NCBI GenBank assembly: GCA_965217865.1
Contig: CBDCJO010000002.1
Location: 1-64,000 of the forward strand
Direction of reading: 5' to 3'
Origin: Candidatus Latescibacterota bacterium
Lineage (GTDB): Bacteria > Latescibacterota > UBA2968 > SICM01
Length of the DNA: 64,000 nucleotides
Positions 9,706 to 20,342 of this stretch are shown here, piece by piece; the first letter of the stretch is position 1; every line of letters begins with the position of its first letter. Below the pieces are notes generated by a model. It had not been told where the DNA came from. It did no database searches and saw nothing but the letters and a program-made list of their open reading frames with translations. Made by a program: the position numbers and the translations under genes.

Positions 9706-11076
9706 TCACTCTTCAATCCCACCCAGAGCGGCCTCCAGGTCCGCAAGCCGCTTCTGGTAATCGTAGACGGCGTTGATATGCTGATTCCTGGACCTGAAGA
9801 GTCGCTCCTGTGCATCGAGCCGCTCCAGAATCGTCCCCGCGCCGAAATTGTAGCGCTCCTCGGCCAATCGGAAATCTTCTTCCGCGGCCTTCACGGCCTC
9901 CTGCTGCGCGGCGATCTTTTTCCGATCCCGTTCCAGATTCAAAAGGGACTGCTTCACATCCAGTGCGATCTGCCGCTTGACCTGTCTCAGCTGTTCCAGG
10001 TTCACAAGATACCTGAGCTCGTTCTGGTCCCCCTGATTTTCCGTTCTCATTCCGTTGAAGATCGGCAACGAGATGTTCAGGCCGAAGGTGTAGATGTAGT
10101 TCTGTAGAAAAAGATCCTCGATACCCTGGAAAGGCGTGTTCTGAGTCCGCCACGAATATCCTGCGCTCATCGAGACCGTCGGCCTGCGGATCAACGCCCT
10201 CGCCGCATCCATCTGCCTTCTGGTTTGTTCCAGGTCAAAATTCTTGGATTGCAGGTCAGGCCGGCGGTCCACGGCTTTTGTGAGGGCCTGTTCGTAACTG
10301 AGCGGCGTGGGCTCGACGGTGAGGTCACCGGCTTTCAGCCGAATCGAACGGTTGACGTCAATCCCGAGAACGAAAGCCAGGTTTGACCGAGCGATCTTCA
10401 TCTCGTTGTCCTGAGTGATCACGGACACCTTCTGGGCTTCGAGAGCGGACCTGGCCTTCAGCACGTCCGATACGGCCACCGACCCGATCTCATACATGGT
10501 CTTCGACCGACGAAGGGATTCCTCCGCCGTGCGAACCGACTCCTGGTTCAACGCCAACAGCTTCTCCGCCTGAAGAACCTCGAAGAATCGCTTTTTGACG
10601 GCGTGGACCGTGGCCACTCTGCTGCCCCTGAGATCCTGTTTTCTTCCGCGGAGGCCGGCCCGGTCTGCGGCGATGCTGGCCAGTGTGTTCGCGTTGTATA
10701 TCGGTATGCTGATATTGGCCCCCACCGAGTGTGAACTGCTGACCGTGCTCCTGCCCGGGGAGGTGATAACCTGTTGGGTGACCGGATCGAGAAATTGCCC
10801 CGGCCGGGGACCGGTGATCGCCTTGTTCACCCCGTAGCGAGAGTCAATGGACGGCAGGAGCCGCCCCTTGGCCGTTCGCAAGGCGAGTGCCTGAATATCT
10901 ACATTGTACCGGGCATTCACGACTTCCGGGTTGTTTTTCAACGCGATCTCTACGCAGGCCTCCAGGGTCAGGTCAAGCGTCCCTTCCGGGTCCGAAGCGG
11001 TTTTTTCCTGGGAAAACGTCTCGGACCTGCCCAAAGCCAATGTAAAAAGCGCGATAAGAAGCCATTTGGGTTTCAT
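9706..11076 (-). CDS. tolC: TolC family outer-membrane efflux protein
   Basis: Signal peptide, LTLEACVEIALKNNP, ISLPIFNG, AEERYNFG; last large gene of the RND operon. Confidence 0.92.
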   Translation of the reverse strand: MKPKWLLIALFTLALGRSETFSQEKTASDPEGTLDLTLEACVEIALKNNPEVVNARYNVDIQALALRTAKGRLLPSIDSRYGVNKAITGPRPGQFLDPVTQQVITSPGRSTVSSSHSVGANISIPIYNANTLASIAADRAGLRGRKQDLRGSRVATVHAVKKRFFEVLQAEKLLALNQESVRTAEESLRRSKTMYEIGSVAVSDVLKARSALEAQKVSVITQDNEMKIARSNLAFVLGIDVNRSIRLKAGDLTVEPTPLSYEQALTKAVDRRPDLQSKNFDLEQTRRQMDAARALIRRPTVSMSAGYSWRTQNTPFQGIEDLFLQNYIYTFGLNISLPIFNGMRTENQGDQNELRYLVNLEQLRQVKRQIALDVKQSLLNLERDRKKIAAQQEAVKAAEEDFRLAEERYNFGAGTILERLDAQERLFRSRNQHINAVYDYQKRLADLEAALGGIEE

Positions 11077-11236
11077 GACAGCACCTTTTTAGAGTCTCAC
11101 ATTTCAACTTCTAGGCAAGATGCGTACATCTTTTTTTCGTTACAGCTGCGCGATGTGAACCAGGCGAGTAGGTTTTAAGATAGGGGAAATGGATATTTAA
11201 TATAACTTTCCGGTTCAAGACGCGCAAGTGGGAGAC

Positions 11237-14200
11237 CTATCTCGCGACCGGGATCGTTTCACGCCCTTTGCCCTGAAAACTGGCCGCCGCCCTTCGAAAG
11301 ATTTCACGCAGATCGTCGAAAAAGGTATAGAACAGCGGCACGACGAGCAGGGTAAAAAAGGTCGAGACCACCATCCCCCCCATCATGGCCCGGCCCATCG
11401 GGGCATAAGACGTCCCCAACATCGATCCTGCACCCAGGGCCATCGGGAGCCACGCGAACACCGTGGTGGCCGTCGTCATGAAAATCGGCCTCAGGCGTTG
11501 ACGGCCCCCAATCACGATCGCCTCGGTCCTGGACATCCCCTCCACCCGGAGCTGGTTGATCCGGTCGATCAGGACGATCCCGTTTTTGACGACCACCCCG
11601 ATCAGGATGACGCTCCCGATCGTCGCGGTTTGATCGAAAGGCGTGTCCGCCAGGTAGAGCGTCCAGTAGACGCCCAGGAAGGAGAAGGGGATCGACAGCA
11701 GCACGGAGAAAGGAAGGACGAAAGACTCGAACAGACCCCCCATCAGAAGGAGCACGAACACAACGGCCAGGAGGATGGCGTACTTCTGGGTTTCCGCCGT
11801 CTCTTCGAGTCTCCGGTAACCCTCCCCCTTGTCCCACCGGTAACCCCGCGGCATCTCAAACCCCTCCATCGCCCGATCGATCTTCTGATAGAGCGTCTTC
11901 AAGTCGTCCTTCGTCGTGATCACCCGAATATCCTGGCGGACCCCCGTGAAATAGCGGGTGATGTTCTCCGAGCCCCTGTGGATCGACGTGGAGGCAATCG
12001 CCTTTAAGGGTATCTCCTGACCTTCTCGAGACGTAAACGTGAAGTTCTTCAACTGTTCCAGCGTTGCCCTTTGTGACTCTACCAAGGAAAGCCTGACGCC
12101 CACTTCACGATCCCCTGCCCGAAACCGGGGCAGCGTCACCCCCTGGAGCCCCGCAGAGATCGTATGGCCCACCTGCCGGGGCGTAATCCCCAACTTCCGG
12201 GCTTGTTCCCTGTCGATCCGGATCCTGATCTCATCCTCTCCGCGGTTCCGGTCCGGGTCCAGGCTGATGATCTCCGGGATCGTCTTCAGCCGTCGCTCTA
12301 CCTCCTCGGACAGCTTCGCCAATACTTCTGTGTCGTCCCCGTAGATGAAGACGGACATTTGAGCGTCGGGCCCGGCCCCCCCCCACCCCTCACCGCCCCA
12401 GATTCGAAACCTCACACCCACGAATTTGGGTATCTCCTTCGCGATGTCGTCCATGATCTCCTTCCGGGGCATCATGGCGAATACCGGGATTCCGAGGATT
12501 TCTCGCAGCTTTTTGTAAGCGACATACCACCAGGGATTCCGTTCCGAGTTCAGGATGATCCGCACCCCTCCTCCATTTTTCCAGTACCACGACGAGATCT
12601 TTCGGATACCATAGGCCTCCCTTTTTTCCTCCATAAACCGCTCAACCTCGGCGATTACCCCTGAGGTTTCATTGAGGCCGAAATTGGTGGGCATATCAAA
12701 ACTCATCCCGACGTTGCTGCGTGGCCCTCCGGACGACCCCTTTTGTTTCACGTGCGCCGCGGGAAACTGGATGCTCGCATACAGGATCAGGGCGATCAGG
12801 AAGACGTCCAGGCGGTGTTCCATAGCCCACCTGGAAACGCGTTCGTATACCCGCCCCATCCAGGCCACGCTCCGGGGTTCGCGCCCCACCTCCTCCTGTT
12901 TCGTACGGGATGCCGCGAGTGGTATGAACAGAAGGGACACGAGGAGTGAGGCCATAATCGCGATGATCATCGGCACACCCATGCGCGACATCACAAAGGT
13001 GAACCCCGCGTCGTCGCTCATAAAAATCAACGGCAGGAAGACCACCACAGTCGCCAACGTCGACAGGACAACCGCGATTCCAACCTCCCCGGCCCCTTCC
13101 ACCGCGGCCAACTTCGATTCCTTTCCGCCGAGCCGCTGCCGGTAGATGTTCTCCACGATCACGATTGCGTCGTCCACGACGATTCCGATCCCCAGCATCA
13201 ACCCCATCATCGTCAAGACGTTGAGCGACCAATCCATAAAGTAGAGGGAACTGATGGCCATCAGCGCGCAGAGGGGAATCGACAGCGTAACGATCAGAGT
13301 CATCCGGATCGCGCGCAGGAAGAAAAAGAGGACAAGGGCCGCGAAGATCCCCCCCCACACCGCGGCCTCCTCGACGTTCTCCATCGACTCCTCGATGATT
13401 TTTCCCTGGTTGAAGAACACCTCGACGGTCGTCCCGGCCATCGCAGGCCTTTTTTCGATCTCCTCCCTGACGGTCCTTTCGATCTCCCGGCAGAGTGCCA
13501 CGATGTTCGTCCCCGACTCCCGATAGATCCCGAGACTCGCTGCGCGCTGCCCGTCGATCTGCCATCGCCACCCCCGCTCAGGCACATCGTAGAAGACGTT
13601 CGCGACTTCTCGAAGCCGGACATTCCCCGCTTTCCCCACCCGCACGTCCTCGATCTCCTCGATGTCCTGGTAATGGGCAAGGGATCGGACATAGAACTTT
13701 CTCCCCCCCTCACGGATCGACCCGCTGGCGATGCTGAAGTTATCCTCCCGAAGGGCCTCAACCAGGTCGTAGGGATTCACCCCCCTTGCCCTGGCCCGCT
13801 CCTGATCCAGCTCGATCACCACGGACTTCCGCCACGCTCCCCAGATATCCACCTTCGCCACCCCGTCGATCCTCTGGAGGGGTCTAGCCAGGTGGGTTTC
13901 CATGAAGCGATAGGTGTCCTGAATATCCGGGTTCAGGGAAACGCCCGCCCAGATGATCGCCCAGTCTTCGGAACCGCTCCACTTCCACACCCCGATGTTG
14001 TCCTTCTTGACCCCGTCGGGAAGCGTTGGTTTCAACCGCTCCAGCCGATCGACAAGGTGGTTGTAGGCCAGTTCCATGTCCGTGCCGTTCCGGAAACTCA
14101 AATGACAACTCAACCCACTTGTGGTGCAGTACATGGTAAGTCTGACCAGCCCCTTCACCGTCCGCATCATCTCAGACACGGGCGCTGCGAGCTGTTGCTC

Positions 14201-14398
14201 GACCTCGTGGGGGGTCGCGCCGGGAAAAGGAATCCAGACATGCATCCGCAGATTCTCCATACCCGAGGGAAAGAACTGGATCTGGATCTGAGTGTAGGCG
14301 ATGAAACCCACGACCAGGATACCCGTGAGCAGCATCACGACCGTCACCGGTCGGGCAACCGAGATCCGGGGAAGAAACCCCTGTCGACTTGCCATCAA
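11237..14398 (-). CDS. RND efflux permease (AcrB family)
   Basis: 1053 aa; GIVVDDAIVIVENI, GVVVKNGIVLID, RLRPIFMT. Confidence 0.95.
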   Translation of the reverse strand: MMASRQGFLPRISVARPVTVVMLLTGILVVGFIAYTQIQIQFFPSGMENLRMHVWIPFPGATPHEVEQQLAAPVSEMMRTVKGLVRLTMYCTTSGLSCHLSFRNGTDMELAYNHLVDRLERLKPTLPDGVKKDNIGVWKWSGSEDWAIIWAGVSLNPDIQDTYRFMETHLARPLQRIDGVAKVDIWGAWRKSVVIELDQERARARGVNPYDLVEALREDNFSIASGSIREGGRKFYVRSLAHYQDIEEIEDVRVGKAGNVRLREVANVFYDVPERGWRWQIDGQRAASLGIYRESGTNIVALCREIERTVREEIEKRPAMAGTTVEVFFNQGKIIEESMENVEEAAVWGGIFAALVLFFFLRAIRMTLIVTLSIPLCALMAISSLYFMDWSLNVLTMMGLMLGIGIVVDDAIVIVENIYRQRLGGKESKLAAVEGAGEVGIAVVLSTLATVVVFLPLIFMSDDAGFTFVMSRMGVPMIIAIMASLLVSLLFIPLAASRTKQEEVGREPRSVAWMGRVYERVSRWAMEHRLDVFLIALILYASIQFPAAHVKQKGSSGGPRSNVGMSFDMPTNFGLNETSGVIAEVERFMEEKREAYGIRKISSWYWKNGGGVRIILNSERNPWWYVAYKKLREILGIPVFAMMPRKEIMDDIAKEIPKFVGVRFRIWGGEGWGGAGPDAQMSVFIYGDDTEVLAKLSEEVERRLKTIPEIISLDPDRNRGEDEIRIRIDREQARKLGITPRQVGHTISAGLQGVTLPRFRAGDREVGVRLSLVESQRATLEQLKNFTFTSREGQEIPLKAIASTSIHRGSENITRYFTGVRQDIRVITTKDDLKTLYQKIDRAMEGFEMPRGYRWDKGEGYRRLEETAETQKYAILLAVVFVLLLMGGLFESFVLPFSVLLSIPFSFLGVYWTLYLADTPFDQTATIGSVILIGVVVKNGIVLIDRINQLRVEGMSRTEAIVIGGRQRLRPIFMTTATTVFAWLPMALGAGSMLGTSYAPMGRAMMGGMVVSTFFTLLVVPLFYTFFDDLREIFRRAAASFQGKGRETIPVAR

Positions 14399-14461
14399 AC
14401 AGACCTTCCTAATGGATTATTACGGAATTAAAACTGTACTTTTCAGTAACGTCGTCGTGCT

Positions 14462-14644
14462 CCCTCACCCCGCTTCGCAAGCTCGGCACCCCTCTCCCGG
14501 GTGCTTAGAGAGGGGAAGTTCATTGTCCTCACGAAATTTTTTATGGTAGGAGCCGCCTCCTGGCGGCGAAAACCCATCCCCGTTCGCCAGCAGATCCTTC
14601 GGCACATTCGACTCGCTTCGCTCAGGACAGGGCTGGCTCCTACC
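14462..14644. repeat. REP-like palindromes in the RND intergenic region
   Basis: ccctcacccc..ccctctccc..gagagggg element and a gtaggagcc..ggctcctac GTAG-type inverted repeat. Confidence 0.6.
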
Positions 14645-14790
14645 TCCACCCCGTTGGGATTTCCGGAACTTTTTGGGTGATCTGCGATCCCGCCGTCACC
14701 TTTTCATATCCTCAATTCAACTGATATCTGGCCAGCGGTTATGCAAGGTTAATTCTTAACTTCAGAATTTGAAACGAAACCTTGCCCGAT

Positions 14791-17700
14791 TCAATCCTTC
14801 CGATCTAAGACCGCGTAAACGACCGGGATCACCACGAGTGTCAGGACCGTTGAGCTCGTCAGTCCGGCAATCACCGTGACGGCCAGGGGGATCCGGAGCT
14901 CAGCTCCCTCGCCCACCCCCAGAGCAATCGGGGTGAGGCCGAGCACCGTCGTCAATGTCGTCATCATGATCGGCCTCAACCTCGTATGTCCCGCCTGGAC
15001 GAGCGCATCGATTTTGCTCATCCCGCGGGCACGGAGGATATTCGTGTAGTTGATCAACACAATCGCGTTGTTCACCACCACACCCACCAGGACGATCACG
15101 CCCAGAAAGACCATCACGTTGATCGAGATACCCAGGGCCACCAGGGCAAGGACGACCCCCACCAGGGCAAGGGGGATGGTAAACATGATCACAAACGGGT
15201 GCAGGAACGACTCGAACTGGGAAGCCATGACGATGTAGACAAGGAACATGGCAAGCAGAAGGGCGAGCCTCAGACTTCTGAGCGAAGTCTCCATCTCTCG
15301 ATTCTGCCCGGTTACGAGATACTCGAACCCCTGGGGCATCTCCATCCGACTGAGCACATCATAGATCCTCCCACTCGCAGTCCCGATGTCCAGGCCGGCC
15401 AGATTCGCGGTGAGCAGGGCCGTCCGCTGCTGGTCGATCCGCCTGATCTCACTCGGGCCTTCTTGGATCCGCACGTCCGCCACTGCGGAAAGCGGGATCC
15501 GGACCTGGCTGTTGGGATTGATGACCAGGTTCTGGATGTCCCGGATGCTCTGTCGATCCGCTTCATCCAGCTTCACGAGCACATCCAATCGCCGCTCCCG
15601 TTCCCGAAAACGGGTGGCCACCTGCCCCTGAATCTTGTTCCGCACGAGCGTTGCGACTTGCTTCAGGTTCAAACCGTAGCGGGCAAGGTTATCTCGGTCG
15701 TAGGAGATCTGAACCTCGGGGTTCCCCCGCTGCAGGTTCGACTTGATGTCCGTCAAACCGTTTATTCGGGACAGGGCCGCCTCCGCTTCCCCGGCCAGTC
15801 GCCGTAACTTTCCCAGGTCGTGTCCACGAATCTCCACCTCGATCGGCGTCTTGAAGCTGAACAACGCAGGCCTGGAAAACTTCGTTGTCACCTCCGGGAT
15901 CCCGGACCATCTCTCCCGGAGGTTCGATATCGTCCCCGCCTCAGCGAGGGCCAGGTCTCCCTCCTTTCTCAGAAGGGCCGTAATCCTGGCAGTATTCTCC
16001 CCCTCCTCCGATGAGGATGCGGCATCGCGTTCCGTCCCCACCACCGTGGAGACCCTGGAGACTTCCCCCTGATCCATCACCGATCGCTCCAGATTCCGGA
16101 TCCGCCGATCCGTAACTTCAAGAGGGGTGCCCACCGGCAGGGAGATCTCTGCGCTGAATTCTCCCTGGTGGACCACGGGCATCAACTCCCGTCCCAGATG
16201 GGGCCCCAGGAAAAGGATCGTGATTACGAAAGCCCCCGCCCCAGCACTGATCACCTCCATTCGGTGTGACAACGCCCACCCGATGATCCGGGGATAGACC
16301 TCGCTCAACCGGTTGAAAGCCCCGCCGACCGTATAGACCAGGAGGGCCAATCCCGGAGCGACGATCAGACCCGCGATCCAACCTGTGCTGATGAGGCTGA
16401 CCCCGACAAGCATCGCAGTCGAGATCAAAACCTTGCCGGTGAGGGCAAGAGTCAGGTGGGCGACGAACCTCGAGTAGAAATAAATCAGGAGAATCGGAAC
16501 GAAAATCACCTTCGCCCCGCCCCACGCGCGACCGATTGCTGTCCGAGCGCGATCCCGCGGTTTCCTTCCCACCAACGAGATGACAACGTGGCCGCAAGAG
16601 ATCAGGAACCAGCCGCATCCCACTATCGGAAAGACGATTCCCTGAGCGATTCGATACCAGGGACTCCCTTTAAGTCCGGATACGGCCCACTGAAATCCCT
16701 TCGGGAGATCCAACCCGATCTCCTCTGCGGCGGTGAAAACCATCAGACGATCCCAAACCCGCTGCGGTGCTTTCCAGCCGAAAACTTCAGTGCCCTGGGA
16801 CCAGTGGTTCAGTTTGGGATAGAACCCCCTCAGGAATTTGATGAAACGCTCCAGAGCCTTCGTCAGGGGCCACAGGGTAATCCCCAAAAGGATCGACGCG
16901 AATTTCAAGATCACACAGACCACCCCCGAAAGGATCAGGAGCGTACGCCAGAGCCATTCCCAAGCCAGAAGAGGCACGGCCTTCAAGCAGCGTCCGTAAA
17001 CCTCGACCATAGCTCGCGGGGTCTGCGGTCCTGCCGTCGCCTCCCGAATACGATCGACCGCACGAAACTTCAGGATATCCGCCACGAGCAACTCCGTGTG
17101 CCGCCCCCCGGGCGTTGAGATCCGACGGGACGCCAGCATCGGCAGAAGGAAGAGCGCCGCTGCAAGCGATGCCAGGAGGGAGAAGACCACCACGAGGGCC
17201 ATATCCCCGAACACCTGTCCTGCGACACCCTCGACAAAAACGATCGGAAAGAAAACCGCCATTGTCGTAAGGGTGGCTGCAAGGACGGCCCCCCCCACCT
17301 CTTTTGTCCCCCGGATCGCAGCGGCGACCAGATCGTCCCCTTCTTGGCGGCATCGGAATATGCTCTCCAGAACCACGATCGAGTTGTCCACCAGCATCCC
17401 GATCCCCAGGGCAAGCCCTCCCAGCGACATGATGTTCAGGGAAACCTCGAAAATATTCATCGGCGCGAAAGTGGCCACCACGGAGATCGGGATGGAGATT
17501 CCCACGATCAGTGTATGCCCGATGTTCCTCAGGAAGATATAAAGGATCAGGACGGCCAGTACGCCCCCGATCACGGCGGCTTGCTTGACATCGTTGATGG
17601 CGCTCTCGATGAAACCGGACTGATCCGAAAGAATTTCGATCCGCATGCCCTCCGGAAGATTGTTTGCCAGGAAGTCCGCCATCTGCCTCTTCTCCATGGC

Positions 17701-18756
17701 CTTCCGGGTTTTTTCCGCTCGAATTTCGTCTTCCGTCTTTCCAACTGTGTCCACCTTCGTTTCAATCATCCCTGCCTGGAAGTCGGCAAGATACTGGCGC
17801 TGCTGCGCAAGACCGAAAATCCGATTTCGCACCTTTTGTGCAACTGCGACGATATTTGCGTCTCCCTCCTTGAAGATGTCGATCTCAGCGCTCTCTCGAC
17901 CGTTCACCCGGGTGATGATCTCCCGCTCCTTGTGGGTCCGAAACACCCGACCGACGTCTCTCAGCCGGACTTCCACATTGTTTTTTTCACCGACGACCAT
18001 GTCGGCCATCTCCTCGATATCCCGGAATTCACTCAGGGTTCGAACCAGATAATGGATCTCGCCCTCTTCGAGTCTACCCCCGGCAAGGTTGACATTCTCC
18101 TCCTGAAGGCGCCTGTTCACATCTTGAATCGACAGTCCCATCGTTGCCAGCATCGACTCCCTCAACTCAACCCGTATCTCCTCCTCGAGGCCGCCTCTGA
18201 CCCTTGCCGCCGCGATACCTTTCAGTCCCTCCAATTCCCGCTTGATCTCATCCTTCGCCACACGTCTTAAGAGAAACCTGTCCTCAACTCCATACAGCCC
18301 TAGACGCATAATCGGGTCAAGGGTCGGGTCGTATCGCAAGATGAGGGGCTTCTCGATCAGTTCCGGCAGACGAATCCGATCGAGTTTTTCGCGAACCTTC
18401 TGGATGGCCTGGTCCATCTCCGTATCCCACCCGAACTCCAGGACAACGTCCGAGAGCCCGGCCCTGGAGACGGAGCTGATGCCCTCCAGGTTGCCGACCA
18501 CCCCGAGCACCTGTTCGATAGGCCGGGATATCAGGTTCTCCACCTCCTCCGGGGCCATTCCCGGCGCATCGGTACGCACCGTCAGGGACGGGTAGGAGAT
18601 GTCCGGCATCAGATTTAACGGCAATCGATCGTATGAGACCCACCCGAACACCGCGATCGCCGCGACTGCCATGGAAATGGCCACCGGTCGCCTGGTGGTC
18701 CATTCAAACGAACGGGAATTTCCGGATTCTTCTTTTGATTTCGAGTTCATACCCAA
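14791..18756 (-). CDS. RND efflux permease with large central insertion
   Basis: 1321 aa; GMLVDNSIVVLESI, GVVVNNAIVLI, RLRPIMMT. Confidence 0.95.
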   Translation of the reverse strand: MGMNSKSKEESGNSRSFEWTTRRPVAISMAVAAIAVFGWVSYDRLPLNLMPDISYPSLTVRTDAPGMAPEEVENLISRPIEQVLGVVGNLEGISSVSRAGLSDVVLEFGWDTEMDQAIQKVREKLDRIRLPELIEKPLILRYDPTLDPIMRLGLYGVEDRFLLRRVAKDEIKRELEGLKGIAAARVRGGLEEEIRVELRESMLATMGLSIQDVNRRLQEENVNLAGGRLEEGEIHYLVRTLSEFRDIEEMADMVVGEKNNVEVRLRDVGRVFRTHKEREIITRVNGRESAEIDIFKEGDANIVAVAQKVRNRIFGLAQQRQYLADFQAGMIETKVDTVGKTEDEIRAEKTRKAMEKRQMADFLANNLPEGMRIEILSDQSGFIESAINDVKQAAVIGGVLAVLILYIFLRNIGHTLIVGISIPISVVATFAPMNIFEVSLNIMSLGGLALGIGMLVDNSIVVLESIFRCRQEGDDLVAAAIRGTKEVGGAVLAATLTTMAVFFPIVFVEGVAGQVFGDMALVVVFSLLASLAAALFLLPMLASRRISTPGGRHTELLVADILKFRAVDRIREATAGPQTPRAMVEVYGRCLKAVPLLAWEWLWRTLLILSGVVCVILKFASILLGITLWPLTKALERFIKFLRGFYPKLNHWSQGTEVFGWKAPQRVWDRLMVFTAAEEIGLDLPKGFQWAVSGLKGSPWYRIAQGIVFPIVGCGWFLISCGHVVISLVGRKPRDRARTAIGRAWGGAKVIFVPILLIYFYSRFVAHLTLALTGKVLISTAMLVGVSLISTGWIAGLIVAPGLALLVYTVGGAFNRLSEVYPRIIGWALSHRMEVISAGAGAFVITILFLGPHLGRELMPVVHQGEFSAEISLPVGTPLEVTDRRIRNLERSVMDQGEVSRVSTVVGTERDAASSSEEGENTARITALLRKEGDLALAEAGTISNLRERWSGIPEVTTKFSRPALFSFKTPIEVEIRGHDLGKLRRLAGEAEAALSRINGLTDIKSNLQRGNPEVQISYDRDNLARYGLNLKQVATLVRNKIQGQVATRFRERERRLDVLVKLDEADRQSIRDIQNLVINPNSQVRIPLSAVADVRIQEGPSEIRRIDQQRTALLTANLAGLDIGTASGRIYDVLSRMEMPQGFEYLVTGQNREMETSLRSLRLALLLAMFLVYIVMASQFESFLHPFVIMFTIPLALVGVVLALVALGISINVMVFLGVIVLVGVVVNNAIVLINYTNILRARGMSKIDALVQAGHTRLRPIMMTTLTTVLGLTPIALGVGEGAELRIPLAVTVIAGLTSSTVLTLVVIPVVYAVLDRKD

Positions 18757-18844
18757 TCTATGGAAAACGAATACGGGGATGGATGCCTGTGAAAGCGTGA
18801 GGAGGAAGAAGGAAGGAAAGAGGGGGCGATAATCTTTACCCGAT

Positions 18845-20065
18845 TCACGATTCTTTAGTGCTGTCGGCTTCGGTGCTGTCCGGTTCCGCGGGGATCACCA
18901 ACCCCTCTCCGGAAATCACCCGGATGCGGGCCTTATCTTTTAAACCGGTTTGTCCCACGACCACGATGCTGTCCCCCGGTGCGAGCCCGGACCGGGTCTC
19001 CATCCTCTCGGCGTCGGAATATCCCACGTCCAGCCTCACCCGATCCGCAATCGAATCCCGGGCAACAAAAACATAGGGCATACCCTCCTCGTACACGACC
19101 GCTCGTTTAGGGACCAGGACCGCCTCTTCGTGGGTATCCGTGATGACAAGAGCCGTCACGAACATCCCGGGTTTCAGTTGCCCATCACCGCCCGATACCC
19201 CCACGGTGACTTTAAAGGTTCCACTGCTGGGGTCCACCACGGGGCTGATCCGCTTGATCCCCCCCTGGAATTTCTGACCGGGAAGAAAGTTCGACTCAAG
19301 GACCGCCTTCTGGCCAACGGCCGTGAACTGGGCCTCCCGCCCGGGAACGAAGACCTTCACGATCAGGTTGTGCATATCGACGACGGAACAGAGTTTCGTA
19401 CTCGGAGAGACCCGATCGCCCAACCGCACCAATCGATCCGCAACCACACCCGTGATGGGAGATTTGACTGCTGTGTGGGCGAGGGCGAGCCTTGCCCGTT
19501 GCAAACCGATCTCCCCCTCCTTCAGTTCGAAGCGCTTTGTCTCGTACTCCTGGTCGCTGATCAGCTTTCTGTCGTGCATTTCGGTTGTCCGCTTGAAATC
19601 CGCTTGAAGCTTCCGGAAACGGGCGTCCGCATCGGCGACCGTCAACTTCGCTTCATCATCCTCCAATCGAACGAGCGTCTCACCGGCCTTCACGTGCTCC
19701 CCTTCCTCCACTTCGACACGCCTCACCATACCGGACACCTGAGGATAGACGTCCACGGTCTCCTCGGATTCAACCGTTGAACTGAACAGGAGGTAGGAAG
19801 ATATCGAACCCGTGTCAACCACCACCACTTTCACAGGAACCCCTTCTTCCGGTTTTTTTCCCTCCTCCGCATCAGTCTTCGATGAATCTGTTTCGCTGGT
19901 ATCGGTCTTAGTCGTGTCCGCTCTTGTCGTGTCGGCCTCCGCGGAGGACTCGGCTTTTCCCCCATCCTCTCCGTCTCCACCGCATCCCCCCGCCAGGGAA
20001 CCTGCACAGACAAGCGTTAACAAAAACGCACGGACAAACCAATCCCTGAATCGAATCTGCATCAC
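18845..20065 (-). CDS. RND periplasmic adaptor (membrane fusion lipoprotein)
   Basis: Lipoprotein-like signal, VYPQVSG..VEEGEHVKAG, SPITGVV, ISPVVDPSSGT, LKPGMF. Confidence 0.93.
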   Translation of the reverse strand: MMQIRFRDWFVRAFLLTLVCAGSLAGGCGGDGEDGGKAESSAEADTTRADTTKTDTSETDSSKTDAEEGKKPEEGVPVKVVVVDTGSISSYLLFSSTVESEETVDVYPQVSGMVRRVEVEEGEHVKAGETLVRLEDDEAKLTVADADARFRKLQADFKRTTEMHDRKLISDQEYETKRFELKEGEIGLQRARLALAHTAVKSPITGVVADRLVRLGDRVSPSTKLCSVVDMHNLIVKVFVPGREAQFTAVGQKAVLESNFLPGQKFQGGIKRISPVVDPSSGTFKVTVGVSGGDGQLKPGMFVTALVITDTHEEAVLVPKRAVVYEEGMPYVFVARDSIADRVRLDVGYSDAERMETRSGLAPGDSIVVVGQTGLKDKARIRVISGEGLVIPAEPDSTEADSTKES

Positions 20066-20157
20066 TGCTTCGTGTCCTTAAACTGTGGTTGCCGTGTCTT
20101 AGAACGAAACCCCGAACACAATCCCCCCGGACAACCCGCCACGACTGAAGGTTCTTT

Positions 20158-20173
20158 TGCAAGGTGTGTGCCA
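20158..20173 (-). promoter_or_regulatory. sigma-54 (-24/-12) promoter of the RND operon
   Basis: TGGCAC-acacc-TTGCA, an exact consensus match ~95 bp upstream of the MFP start. Confidence 0.75.
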
Positions 20174-20215
20174 GGGAAGCTCCTGATCCTTTAATCGATA
20201 AAACAGATATAATTT

Positions 20216-20322
20216 ACCACTGCTGTCCAAGATAAATCAGAATGGGCCTTTTTGGGACAAGTAAGTGACTGTTTTTACACAATGCCCTCTGGCAGACTGA
20301 AATCCAGGTTGCACTGGCCAAA
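20216..20322 (+). mobile_element. IS end remnant (IS4-like), inverted copy at 35780-35886
   Basis: ccactgctgtccaagataaatcagaat..gtaagtgact ~105-bp homology in inverted orientation; family assignment tentative. Confidence 0.6.
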
Positions 20323-20342
20323 GATGCTGTCCAAAAGCTGGA

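Noticed and set aside
11228-19780. Many 100-300 aa plus-strand ORFs opposite the RND genes
   Set aside because: Antisense artefacts of high-GC coding DNA.
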